Shown here: piece by piece, positions 42,800 to 52,032 of the stretch | Numbering within the stretch: position 1 is the stretch's first letter | How the letters are laid out: each line of letters starts with the position of its first letter | DNA from: Hyphomicrobium sp. | Lineage (GTDB): Bacteria > Pseudomonadota > Alphaproteobacteria > Rhizobiales > Hyphomicrobiaceae | Length of the DNA stretch: 64,000 nucleotides | NCBI RefSeq assembly: GCF_003987725.1 | Contig: NZ_RXJH01000005.1 | Strand: one strand, 5' to 3' | Made by a program: the position numbers and the translations under genes | Notes under the pieces: generated by a model | What the model saw: the letters and a program-made list of their open reading frames with translations, nothing else | Databases searched by the model: none | Told to the model about the DNA's origin: nothing

Positions 42800-45277
42800 T
42801 CACTGAACCGATAGGGCGAACTGCGTTTTCAGCTGTTCAAGATCCCCCCGCTGTTTAGGCGTAAGCTCATCCTGGCCGAGCTTTATATCGACCTCATCAA
42901 TCGTGCCGCTGAATTTGAAAGGCATCTTGGCGTCGTACTCGTCGATGACCGGCGTGCCGGTATCCATGCCGACATCAAAGCTCTCATCGAGCGTGAATTT
43001 GCCAACCGGCGACGTCTGCTCGATGCGGCCGTCGGCGACCTTCTGGCCGTCGACCGATAGTGTTCCGCGCCCGCCCTTGCCGAGGCCGCCGCCGTCATAA
43101 ACGAAATCGAAATCTATGACGTGTTTGCCGGGGCCGAGCTTTTCAGAACCAATAAATCGGGTCTTGTCCGGTCTTTGTTTCGGATACTTTGCTCCGTCCT
43201 GGTTGGTATAGGCATAGGCGAACATCGGTTTTCCATCGAGGACGAGCAGGCTCCAGCCGCCGAACCGCCCTCCTTGTGTCGCCAGCACGCCGTCGGCACC
43301 GCCTTGCGGGATCTCCACGTCCGCGGTCACGCGAAACGATTTATTGTGCACGTCCGGAGAGTTCGCCTCGGGAATTCGGAACATGCCTGGGTAATACTTG
43401 AAATCGGTTTGCCCACGGAGAAGATTTGGCCGGATTCCCGGATCCATGCGGTCGGCGAAACTGGAGTCGATCGGGAGCACGTTGTATTTGACCGCCTCGA
43501 TTAAAAAGCGGGATTGCAGATCGAGAAGCTTCTCCGGATGGTCCTTCGCCACATTCTTGGCTTCACTGAAGTCGTCAGCGATATTGTAGAGTTCCCACTT
43601 GTAGTCATCGGGGTCAGGCGCCGTGCCCAACGTTTGCCAAGGCAATCGCCCAGGTGTGGTGCAGGCGATCCAACCATCATGATAGATCGCGCGGTTTGCG
43701 GTCATCTCGAAATACTGCGTGGTTCGCTTCGTCGGGGCCTTTGCGTCATCGAAGGTATAAACCATGCTCGTGCCTTCGATCGGCTTTTGCGGCGTGCCGT
43801 TGACCAGCATCGGGGCTTGGATGCCGGCGGCATCTAAAATGGTCGGCACGATATCGATCACGTGATGGAATTGCGAACGCATTTCACCGCCGGTCTTGAT
43901 GCCCTTTGGCCAGTTGATAACGAGGCCATTGCGCGTCCCGCCGAAATGCGATGCAACCTGCTTGGTCCATTGGAAAGGCGTGTCCATCGCGTGCGCCCAA
44001 CCGATCGGATAGTGATTGTAGGTCTTGTCGCTGCCGAGTTGATCCATCATCGACACGAGGAATTCCAGGGACTCAGGTGCGAACTGCGCCGAGACCTCGT
44101 TGGTCGTTCCTTGCATCGTACCTTCAGCGCTGGCGCCGTTATCGCCCTCGAGGTAGATGACGAGCGTGTTGTCCAGCTGGCCGGATTTCTCGAGAGCGTC
44201 GATGATGCGGCCGATCTCGTAATCGGACTGGGCCACGGTGGCGGCATACACTTCCATCATCCTCGCATAGACCTTCCTTTGGTCGTCATTCAGCGAATCC
44301 CAGGCGGGTATTTCCTTCGGCCGCGGGGTTAGGGTCGTGTTGGTTGGAACGACGCCAAGCTGAACCTGCCGCGCCAGCGTTTCCTCCCGCACCTTGTCCC
44401 AGCCCTGATCGAACTTGCCTTTGAACTTGGCAATCCAGTCCTTCGACGCCTGGTGCGGAGCGTGACTGTTGCCTGGCGCGAAATACAAAAGGAAGGGCTT
44501 GTCGGGCGCCGCCGCATGCTGCGTGCGGATCCAGTTGATGGAGCGATCCGCCAGGTCGTGGATAAGGATATAATTCGGGTCACCAAATGGCGGCAGCACC
44601 GGCGTGGTATTCTCGAACAACGCCGGATGGAACTGATCCGTATCGCCGCCGAGGAAGCCGTAGAAATACTCGAAGCCGAGTCCTCCCGCCCACTGATCGA
44701 AAGGCCCGCCTGGACCTTGCATCCATTCCGGAACCAAGTGGTGCTTGCCAAACCACGCGGTGTTGTAGCCATTGTCCTCAAGAATGTTGCCAATCGTGGC
44801 GGCGCTCTTTGGCATGATCGATGTGTAGCCCGGATATCCCGTGGCGAACTCGGTAATATTGCCCATGCCAACGCTCTGATGGTTGCGGCCCGTAAGGAGC
44901 GCAGCACGCGTTGGCGAACATAGCGCGGTCGTGTGGAATTGATTGTACTTCAGCCCAGTCTTCGCCAACCGATCCAATGTCGGCGTCGGAATTGGACCGC
45001 CGAACGTGCTGGCCGCGCCGAAGCCAGTATCATCTGTCATGATCAGCAGGACATTTGGCGCGCCCTTGGGCGCAGTCACCGCCTTCGGAAAGTCCGGTGT
45101 CGAGTCGCTAGCCTTGCGTCCAATCACGCCCCCGAACTGGGGTTGAGGCATTGGCAGCACGGCGGAACCGCCGACGGGATGGGGCGACTGCGCAAGAGCT
45201 GAATTTGAAAGTGAAATGCAGCCGCACGCGGCGGCAATAATTGCTGCGCTTTGGAGAAGACATTTTGAGGAGGCCAT
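42800..45277 (-). CDS. Arylsulfatase (Cys-type, formylglycine-dependent)
   Basis: Signal peptide, PNVLLIMTDD, CSPTRAALLTGR, YLEGDNG; C-terminal LamG-like extension. Confidence 0.93.
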   Translation of the reverse strand: MASSKCLLQSAAIIAAACGCISLSNSALAQSPHPVGGSAVLPMPQPQFGGVIGRKASDSTPDFPKAVTAPKGAPNVLLIMTDDTGFGAASTFGGPIPTPTLDRLAKTGLKYNQFHTTALCSPTRAALLTGRNHQSVGMGNITEFATGYPGYTSIMPKSAATIGNILEDNGYNTAWFGKHHLVPEWMQGPGGPFDQWAGGLGFEYFYGFLGGDTDQFHPALFENTTPVLPPFGDPNYILIHDLADRSINWIRTQHAAAPDKPFLLYFAPGNSHAPHQASKDWIAKFKGKFDQGWDKVREETLARQVQLGVVPTNTTLTPRPKEIPAWDSLNDDQRKVYARMMEVYAATVAQSDYEIGRIIDALEKSGQLDNTLVIYLEGDNGASAEGTMQGTTNEVSAQFAPESLEFLVSMMDQLGSDKTYNHYPIGWAHAMDTPFQWTKQVASHFGGTRNGLVINWPKGIKTGGEMRSQFHHVIDIVPTILDAAGIQAPMLVNGTPQKPIEGTSMVYTFDDAKAPTKRTTQYFEMTANRAIYHDGWIACTTPGRLPWQTLGTAPDPDDYKWELYNIADDFSEAKNVAKDHPEKLLDLQSRFLIEAVKYNVLPIDSSFADRMDPGIRPNLLRGQTDFKYYPGMFRIPEANSPDVHNKSFRVTADVEIPQGGADGVLATQGGRFGGWSLLVLDGKPMFAYAYTNQDGAKYPKQRPDKTRFIGSEKLGPGKHVIDFDFVYDGGGLGKGGRGTLSVDGQKVADGRIEQTSPVGKFTLDESFDVGMDTGTPVIDEYDAKMPFKFSGTIDEVDIKLGQDELTPKQRGDLEQLKTQFALSVQ

Positions 45278-45460
45278 TCACACACTCCATTGACCCTCCA
45301 TGCTCGGCCCCGAAGCATTTTGTACATCCAAAAATTAGATCGTAGCGGCGGAAAAAAATGGGCCACAAGGTTTGGCAACGACAGATTTCATCAGCGTTCT
45401 GATTTTCAAGTAAACCGACGGTTAAAGCCCACCGAAATGGGTTTATCCTTTCCGCGTCTC

Positions 45461-45841
45461 AAAAAAATCTTATCCCCGCCCTCTCCACTTCCCCCATAAT
45501 CCCCTCACCCGTCCGGCAAGGGCATCACGCGAGGCGTCGCGCGGCGCTCGGATGGGGCAGCCTCACCCGCTCGCGGCACGCGCGCGATGCGGTCAAGGCG
45601 GAAAGCAGGTCCGCACGGCATGAGAGAAACCGTGTGCGGAATATCCCGCTTCATTAAGTGACCTGCTGGAAACCTGATCTCTGGCTGTCACGGAGCGGAC
45701 CGGTTCCGAGACTTGAATTGCGAAGACCCAACGCCGCGGAACCCGTCCGCTTCGTGCTTACCTGTTGGTGCTGGCGACTCCCCTCCGGGGAGCCGGCCGC
45801 CAGCACATGCCTGCCGCATCGTTCTTCGTTCAGTTCCGCGA
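45461..45841 (+). repeat. Structured repeat R3 (381 nt)
   Basis: Direct-repeat partner of R2. Confidence 0.9.
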
Positions 45842-45879
45842 GCCGGCCGGTTGCACACGCCTGTTGCTTCGCTCGTCCG

Positions 45880-46158
45880 CTAGAATTCCTGGTAACGGGC
45901 GGCCGACTCCGGGCTCGATACATCAGCGGCGTCGCTGCGCGCGCTTTGATCCGCGAGCTGGAGATTCGCAAGCTGAGACTTGAGCGAGGCAATGTCAGCG
46001 CCGATTTTGTCCGCCGTCTGGTTGCAGGTCGTCCTCGCCTGCTGCATCGACTTGGCGTCGATCTGCTGCTCGAGCGCAGCCTCCTTGGCTTTGCTCGACA
46101 CGTCCCCCGCCGTAACGCGCGGGGTCGCACAAGATGTACACCCAACCGCCGCAATCAT
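45880..46158 (-). CDS. Coiled-coil hypothetical protein, possibly a lipoprotein; start uncertain
   Basis: Cys-containing N-terminus and a helical body. Confidence 0.4.
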   Translation of the reverse strand: MIAAVGCTSCATPRVTAGDVSSKAKEAALEQQIDAKSMQQARTTCNQTADKIGADIASLKSQLANLQLADQSARSDAADVSSPESAARYQEF

Positions 46159-46353
46159 CCCCGCAATCCCCCTGCTGGCCGACCGAGACCATACCGCACG
46201 CCTACGAACGCTTTCCCGGCCTCGTTACACGTTCGGAAAAAGAAAAAATGGCGGACGCGAACGGCCGCCTCATGTCGGAACCGGCCCGGCTCGATCGTCT
46301 TAAGAATACCAAGCGGCGACCCCATAGAGACGTCTTTCAGGGAGACCAAAAGC

Positions 46354-46842
46354 ATGCCCAAGAACACGATTTGCGTCTGGTACGACAAGGACGCCGAAGC
46401 CGCCGCCCGCTTCTACGCCGCGACGTTCCCCGACAGCTCCGTCGGCAACATCATCCTCGCGCCGGCCGACTATCCCTCCGGCAAGGCGGGCGACGTCATC
46501 CTCGTCGAATTCACCGTCGCCGGCATCCCGTGCATCGGCCTCAACGGCGGCCCGGTGATGAAGCACAGCGAAGCCTTCTCGTTCGCGATCTCAACCGACG
46601 ATCAGGAGGAAACCGACCGCTACTGGAACGCCATTGTCGGCAACGGCGGCCAGGAGAGCGCGTGCGGCTGGTGCAAGGACAAGTGGGGCGTCAACTGGCA
46701 GATCACGCCGCGCGTCCTGACCGAGGCGATGGCCATCGGCGGAGACGAAGCCAGGCGCGCCTTCGAAGCCATGATGACCATGCGCAAGATCGACGTCGCC
46801 GCGATCGAGAAGGCCCGTCGCGGTCGAGCAACTCGCGGCTGA
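46354..46842 (+). CDS. VOC/PhnB-like (3-demethylubiquinone-9 3-methyltransferase family) protein
   Basis: AEAAARFY..TFPDS, LNGGP, ACGWCKDKWGVNWQITP. Confidence 0.92.
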   Translation: MPKNTICVWYDKDAEAAARFYAATFPDSSVGNIILAPADYPSGKAGDVILVEFTVAGIPCIGLNGGPVMKHSEAFSFAISTDDQEETDRYWNAIVGNGGQESACGWCKDKWGVNWQITPRVLTEAMAIGGDEARRAFEAMMTMRKIDVAAIEKARRGRATRG

Positions 46843-46869
46843 GCAACTCAGGTCCGAACCCTGATCAGC

Positions 46870-47274
46870 CTATTCGCGTGTCGCGACCCAGTCGCCGTAG
46901 CAGATGCCTGAAGGTCCCGTTCCGCGCCATCTGCCGTGGGCTTCATAGCTGTCGAACCATCCGACCCCATAGGCGACGCGCGGTCCTGTCACGGCCCTGA
47001 GTGAGGTGCTGCCCGAAGGCGACACGCGTCCGCTCAAGGCAATCGGATTGAAGGCATAGGAACCGCTCGTCGATGAAATGCGGCCGCCGACAATGAGCAT
47101 GCCGACAGGAATGGTCCCGCAGTGGCCACTGGTGGTCACTGCGGTCATGTTCCAAACGCCGTCGAACCGGGAGGCGGCGCCAGCTGGAGCTGTGAAAGCA
47201 ACGACGGCGAATGACACGAATGACACGAAGAGCGCGCGAACGCGCGAATGATGTTCGATCATGTGAAACCTCAT
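46870..47274 (-). CDS. Secreted beta-rich hypothetical protein
   Basis: Signal peptide; SRFDGVWN...C...C.GDW. Confidence 0.7.
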   Translation of the reverse strand: MRFHMIEHHSRVRALFVSFVSFAVVAFTAPAGAASRFDGVWNMTAVTTSGHCGTIPVGMLIVGGRISSTSGSYAFNPIALSGRVSPSGSTSLRAVTGPRVAYGVGWFDSYEAHGRWRGTGPSGICYGDWVATRE

Positions 47275-47418
47275 AGCGTTGCATAAAGGGCCGCTTCGAC
47301 TGGCGGGCCCCCGTGAGGTTCGACCGGAATTCCGCGCGCGCCTGTCAAAGCAGGCGTGTTATACTCCCGCGCAATCGGGGAGCCACGCGCATTCGCCGGC
47401 CGCGGCAATCGCTGCAAT

Positions 47419-47457
47419 AAAAATCTTATCCCCGCTTCATCCTCACACCGCATAATC
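47419..47457 (+). repeat. Repeat head motif R4
   Basis: AAAAATCTTATCCCCGC...CATAATC with the same 22-nt spacing as R1-R3. Confidence 0.65.
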
Positions 47458-47677
47458 ACCACGCTTCGTCTCGACGTCGCGCAGATGATCGTTCGCGCGC
47501 AGCAGAGGTACCGGCCCGAAGCGCGAACGCAGGATTTGGACCATGCTCAAAGTATCTGGCCCCGGCGGCTCGACATCAAACGCACAACTCGGCTTGCGGG
47601 GGCGCGCCCAAAAGAAAGGCAGCGGACCGAAGGCCGCCGCCCATCGAGTTCGCAATAAGCTTCAAAGAATTCCCAAA

Positions 47678-47911
47678 TTAATATCCACCGTTCGGCGCAT
47701 AGCGATGAATACGGCCGCCCGGGAGGTCACGTCCCGAGCTTGTGCCATATCTGCGCAACATCGCGCGGTCGCGCGGGGTCAAGGGCGATCCCGTCCGCAG
47801 CTTTGCGCGGGCGGCCTCGACGCCAGCGATGGAATCCGCCTGAGCCATCGGAGTAACGAACGATGCCAAGACCAACGCTGCGCCAACGGCAGCCATCCAT
47901 TTCCTTATCAT
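47678..47911 (-). CDS. Small secreted protein, E-x-ARA...RYG family copy B
   Basis: AQA-DSIAGVEAARAKLRTG...RDRAMLRRYG; AGGAG RBS. Confidence 0.75.
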   Translation of the reverse strand: MIRKWMAAVGAALVLASFVTPMAQADSIAGVEAARAKLRTGSPLTPRDRAMLRRYGTSSGRDLPGGRIHRYAPNGGY

Positions 47912-48103
47912 CACTGAACTCCTGTCGCGTATCCGGACCGCATGCCTGCGGGCCAGAATGCCCGCGCATGAGTGCCTGGGCATAGCGTTGCCAACTCGAA
48001 CGCCGCGCCGCCGTTCCAACGGGCCGTCGCGGCAGATACCCGCAAACAAAAAAACAGCGGACCGAAGTCCGCTGTCTTCCTCACTCCACGCAATCGGTTC
48101 GCG

Positions 48104-48394
48104 TTAGTAATCGTAAGGGCCGTAATGGCCGCCGCCCGGTCCGACGTAGATACTGACGCCCGGACCTCTGTCATAATAGCCATCATCGTATCCGCGATAT
48201 CCACGCCAGGACTCGTCATTGCCGCCGTAGCGGTGAAGTTTCTCGCGATCCTGGCGATTCAAATAGCGGCCCTGGCGCTCCTTAGCGCGTGCGCCCTCGA
48301 CACTGGATATGGAATCCGCCTGTGCCATCGGGGCAACGAACGCCACCATCAACGCGGCAGTCGCCGCGGCCGTCCAATTCCTCTTCATCAACAA
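48104..48394 (-). CDS. Small secreted protein, E-x-ARA...RYG family copy C
   Basis: AQA-DSISSVEGARAKERQG...QDREKLHRYG plus a Tyr/Gly-rich tail. Confidence 0.75.
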   Translation of the reverse strand: MLMKRNWTAAATAALMVAFVAPMAQADSISSVEGARAKERQGRYLNRQDREKLHRYGGNDESWRGYRGYDDGYYDRGPGVSIYVGPGGGHYGPYDY

Positions 48395-48711
48395 GCTCCC
48401 ATTCGTCTCTCAACGTATCGGTTAATCAGGCGTTGCGCGCCTGCATACATTGCCAACGCCACCGCCCAGCGCCTGTTCCAGCCCGATGGGCGGCCGAAGG
48501 CCACACCAGGCGGAAGGCGCGCGATAAGAGACGAATTTTTAACGCGAATTATCCTCGCGGTCGTCTCAGCGGTTATAATCGGCAAATGGCACAGCCCAAT
48601 CCATTTCGTCTCTGAACGCCTTGTTCCATCTTCGGGCCGCGCGTATCAGGAACGGCGCCGAAAGTTCTCGGAACTGACTGCGCAAAGACAGTCCATGACA
48701 GGGGAAACACC

Positions 48712-49092
48712 ATGAAAGGTCTCGCAAGCCGCTTCTTCGCATCCGCGCTCATTTACGCCGTGCTCGGAATGACCCTCGGCGTCGTCATGGGCATGACGCA
48801 GGACCACGCGCAAATGCCGACGCACGCCCATCTTCTCGTGGTTGGCTGGGTGAGTTTCGCTTTGTTCGGATTTTTTTATCACCTCTTTCCGGGCGTCGCC
48901 GAGACGCGCCTCGCCACTGCACAATTTTGGCTGGCCCAAGCGAGCCTGCTGATCATGCTCGTCGGCCTTTTCCAGATTTTTAGCGGCGGTCCCGGGCTCG
49001 GCGAACCGCTGGCGGGCGTGGGGTCGATCGGCATCCTGTTGTCCATGATCCTTTTCGCGGTCAACGCCTGGCCGGCGGTTCGCAACAACTGA
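48712..49092 (+). CDS. Small four-TM protein resembling a heme-copper oxidase subunit I segment
   Basis: LGVVMG...HAHLLVVGWVSFALFGFFY. Confidence 0.7.
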   Translation: MKGLASRFFASALIYAVLGMTLGVVMGMTQDHAQMPTHAHLLVVGWVSFALFGFFYHLFPGVAETRLATAQFWLAQASLLIMLVGLFQIFSGGPGLGEPLAGVGSIGILLSMILFAVNAWPAVRNN

Positions 49093-49202
49093 CGATCGGC
49101 CGTCGTGTAACGGGGACTCCGGCAAATTTAACGGACACTCAACCAAACCCCGAAGCGGATCTCCCGTCATTCGGGACAGCGCCCGGCAATCGGGCTATCG
49201 TT

Positions 49203-50387
49203 ATGGAAAACGGGTGTTCCATGCGTGTGCTCTTTACCGTCCTCGCGATGCTCGCGATCTTGGATTGCCCGGCGACGGCCCGCGCCGAGGACAACCTCAA
49301 CACGGTCCTCGATCCGATCCGGACGAAGTACCAACTGCCGGCCCTCGCAGCCGCCGTCGAGAAGGACGGCAAACTCGTCGCCTATGGCGCGGTCGGCGTG
49401 CGCGTCGCAGGCCGGGATCTTCCCGTCACCGCCGACGACCGTTTCCATCTCGGCTCCGACACCAAAGCGATGACGGCGACGCTCGCAGGCATGATGGTCG
49501 ATGAAGGCAGGCTTCGCTGGGATTCGACGATCGCGGAAGTGCTCGGCCCCGCTCTCCCTAAGCTCCGCCCGAAGTTCGGCGCGATCACGCTCCGCGAGCT
49601 GCTCTCCCACACGAGCGGCCTTCCGACCGACAATGAAGAGATAGGCAAACTTTACTTCAGCCCGGATGCCGCCGACCACCCGCTCACCGACTGGCGTCTG
49701 AAGATGATCGAAGCCTGGGGTTCGAAACACGACCCGAGCTTCGTCAATGCCGGGAAGTTCCAGTATGCCAACCTCGGGTACATCATCGCCGGTGCGATGA
49801 TCGAGAAGGCTTCCGGTAAGCCCTGGGAACGGCTGATGTTCGAGCGCATCTACGCGCCGCTCGATCTCAAGACCGCCGGCCTCGGCGCCCAGGCCACATT
49901 CGGCGAATACGATGCGCCGGTTGGCCACCGCGTCGACGACAAGGGCAAGGTGACGCCATTCCCGTGGGGCGAGTCCGCGGACCTCCCCGCCTCCCTCGGA
50001 CCTGCAGGCCTCGCCCACATGAGCATCAAGGATTTCGCGACCTGGGCGGGATGGAACGCGGGCGAAGGCAAGCGCGGACCTGCGCTTATCAAACCGGAGA
50101 CGCTCAAAACCCTCCACCAGCCCGTCGTCGATATGCAGATCAAGGACCCGAAGCCCGGCACGCCGAAGACCGGTTCCTACGCGCTCGGTTGGGGACTATC
50201 GAAATTCGATTGGTCAGATAAACCGCTGCTCACACACAACGGCTCGAACGGCTTGAACTTCGCCTCCATCCTCGTCGACGTCGATCACGACTTGGCGATT
50301 GTCGTTACGACCAATATCGCCGGTCCCCACGCCGACCCCGCGACGCGTGATGTGATGAAAGCACTCTATACCAAGTATGCGAAATAA
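49203..50387 (+). CDS. Serine hydrolase, beta-lactamase class C-like family
   Basis: FHLGSDTK (SxxK), YAN, HNG motifs; signal peptide. Confidence 0.9.
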   Translation: MENGCSMRVLFTVLAMLAILDCPATARAEDNLNTVLDPIRTKYQLPALAAAVEKDGKLVAYGAVGVRVAGRDLPVTADDRFHLGSDTKAMTATLAGMMVDEGRLRWDSTIAEVLGPALPKLRPKFGAITLRELLSHTSGLPTDNEEIGKLYFSPDAADHPLTDWRLKMIEAWGSKHDPSFVNAGKFQYANLGYIIAGAMIEKASGKPWERLMFERIYAPLDLKTAGLGAQATFGEYDAPVGHRVDDKGKVTPFPWGESADLPASLGPAGLAHMSIKDFATWAGWNAGEGKRGPALIKPETLKTLHQPVVDMQIKDPKPGTPKTGSYALGWGLSKFDWSDKPLLTHNGSNGLNFASILVDVDHDLAIVVTTNIAGPHADPATRDVMKALYTKYAK

Positions 50388-50450
50388 GAGAGGACAAGAT
50401 CGGCAGACCACCGCGCACGGCCCTCATCGCACATTCAGAACCAAGTCGGA

Positions 50451-50654
50451 TTGACCCCCATGTATCATCTTCCCTTCTGGCAGCGGCTGATCATCACCAT
50501 CGTCGCGATGCTGGCGGCGAGCTACCTCATCGCCCTCGCGTGGCAGCAGCTATTCAGCTTTCCGCTGCCGATCTACCTCGGCGGCGTCATCGGCGGTCTG
50601 ACAGCCCTGCCCATCTGGGAGTTCTTGAAACGCATCAGACCCAGGGACGTCTGA
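50451..50654 (+). CDS. Small two-TM protein
   Basis: Hydrophobic helices; YLGGVIGGL. Confidence 0.6.
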   Translation: MTPMYHLPFWQRLIITIVAMLAASYLIALAWQQLFSFPLPIYLGGVIGGLTALPIWEFLKRIRPRDV

Positions 50655-50714
50655 TCGTTTGCCCGGAAATAGGACGGTCCTCGGTATCGTACCGAGGACC
50701 GTCAATCAAAAGCA

Positions 50715-51002
50715 TTAATCCCGGAGTACCGACCGGATCTGATCCTCGTACTGCTTCACCGCATCCAGCGCCCGCGCCTTCATCACGGGATCCGATCCCT
50801 TCTGCGAGGTGAAGCTCTCGATGGCTGCACGAGCGTTGGTCACAATCGTGGTGGCGGCTCCCTGCGGGTTCATCTCGCGGCTGGCAATCTTCTGCAGCAA
50901 CTGGGTGAGAATGACGCCCGTTGCGAGCGAGAGCCCCGAGAGCTCGGCGACTTCGCGCTTCAAGTCCGCGATGGCCGTGCTCGTGTCGATGTTGTCCGCC
51001 AT
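50715..51002 (-). CDS. Hypothetical helical protein
   Basis: MADNIDTSTAIADLKREV...; upstream RBS-like sequence. Confidence 0.65.
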   Translation of the reverse strand: MADNIDTSTAIADLKREVAELSGLSLATGVILTQLLQKIASREMNPQGAATTIVTNARAAIESFTSQKGSDPVMKARALDAVKQYEDQIRSVLRD

Positions 51003-51220
51003 GTCTCTTATGACTCCTTCCAGCCGATTTGGGCGTTGCCTAATACGATTGCCTACGCGGGCGCAAGTCCGCGCTAACGGCCAAGTGAGCGCAGCGACGT
51101 CGCGGACGCCGGAAAGAAAGCAGGCCAAACACGCTGCCTCGATTGGCCAGCCCGAAATTTGCCACCAATGTCTCCAAAATGGATGCCGCGGGAAAAGACA
51201 TCAGCTATGGGGCGATATCA

Positions 51221-51574
51221 ATGATCGAGCGAAAGCCGGCAAGCATCGGCCGGACGCTTTCCATCCCGCGCACCGCAACCATTGAAGGCGGCATAGATTA
51301 CCCAGGTCCCGTGGTTATCGACGGCACCGTCCTCGGCGATGTCAACTGTCTCTCCCTCGTCGTCACGGAACGGGGTGTGATCGAAGGTACGATCAAATCC
51401 GAGGAGGTGACGGTCATGGGCGAGGTTACCGGCGAAATATTCGCGAACCAGCTGACCCTCAAGGCTGCCTGCTCCGTGAATGCGGATATCGTGCATAAGC
51501 GGCTTTTGCTGGAAGACGGCTCGTTCTTCGAGGGCAAATCGCGCCGTCACACCGATCCATTGCAATTGTTGTAG
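51221..51574 (+). CDS. Bactofilin (polymer-forming cytoskeletal protein); start may be further upstream
   Basis: IEGGI...VIDGTVLGDV...VIEGTI...VMGEVTGEI...LLEDGSFFEG beta-helix repeats. Confidence 0.9.
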   Translation: MIERKPASIGRTLSIPRTATIEGGIDYPGPVVIDGTVLGDVNCLSLVVTERGVIEGTIKSEEVTVMGEVTGEIFANQLTLKAACSVNADIVHKRLLLEDGSFFEGKSRRHTDPLQLL

Positions 51575-51585
51575 AAACCGAACGT

Positions 51586-51874
51586 CACCCCGAAGCGGCG
51601 GCGGAGGCAACCTGCCGCACTGAACTTGGCATGTTGACCGGCCTCCTCGCCAAGATCAGGCCCGCAGTCGAAGCGAACAAGAAATGCGCCGGGCGAACAG
51701 ACCGCAAAGAACGGTGCCTTCGTACAGGGCGTGGCGGTCACGAACCCAAGGCTCGGCGCGGAAGTTCTGACGAAGAAGGGGAGCGTGCTCTCCAATCCCG
51801 TCGCCGAAGGAAAGCCGAAGATCGTATCCGCGATGCACGACATCGCCACGGGTCGCGTCACGTTCCTCGACTAA
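51586..51874 (+). pseudogene. Beta-carbonic anhydrase C-terminal remnant, frameshifted
   Basis: LTGLLAKIRPAVEA in one frame joins, after a +1 shift near 51680, GEQTAKNGAFVQ...KIVSAMHDIATGRVTFLD*. Confidence 0.65.
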
Positions 51875-52032
51875 CCGGCCCCCTCACCAGTAAAGCTCCG
51901 ACCCGCTTCACCGCCGGCACGAGAGGCCGGAATCCGATCGCCTTTTGTCCCCACGGACAACCTTGCGGTCTCCCCGACCCGCATCCGCTGTCGTAATATC
52001 ATCGGCGTGGATATCGGGAGCAGAGGTTCTCA

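Noticed and set aside
45658-46842. 394-aa ORF extending the VOC protein through repeat R3
   Set aside because: The N-terminal part is translated repeat DNA; the real gene starts at 46354 with its own RBS.
41599-47457. Repeats as a CRISPR array or group II intron
   Set aside because: No short regularly spaced repeats, no cas genes, no domain V or reverse transcriptase.
49128-49142. TTAA-N7-TCAA as a CtrA site
   Set aside because: A single mismatched site upstream of a serine hydrolase with no cell-cycle context.
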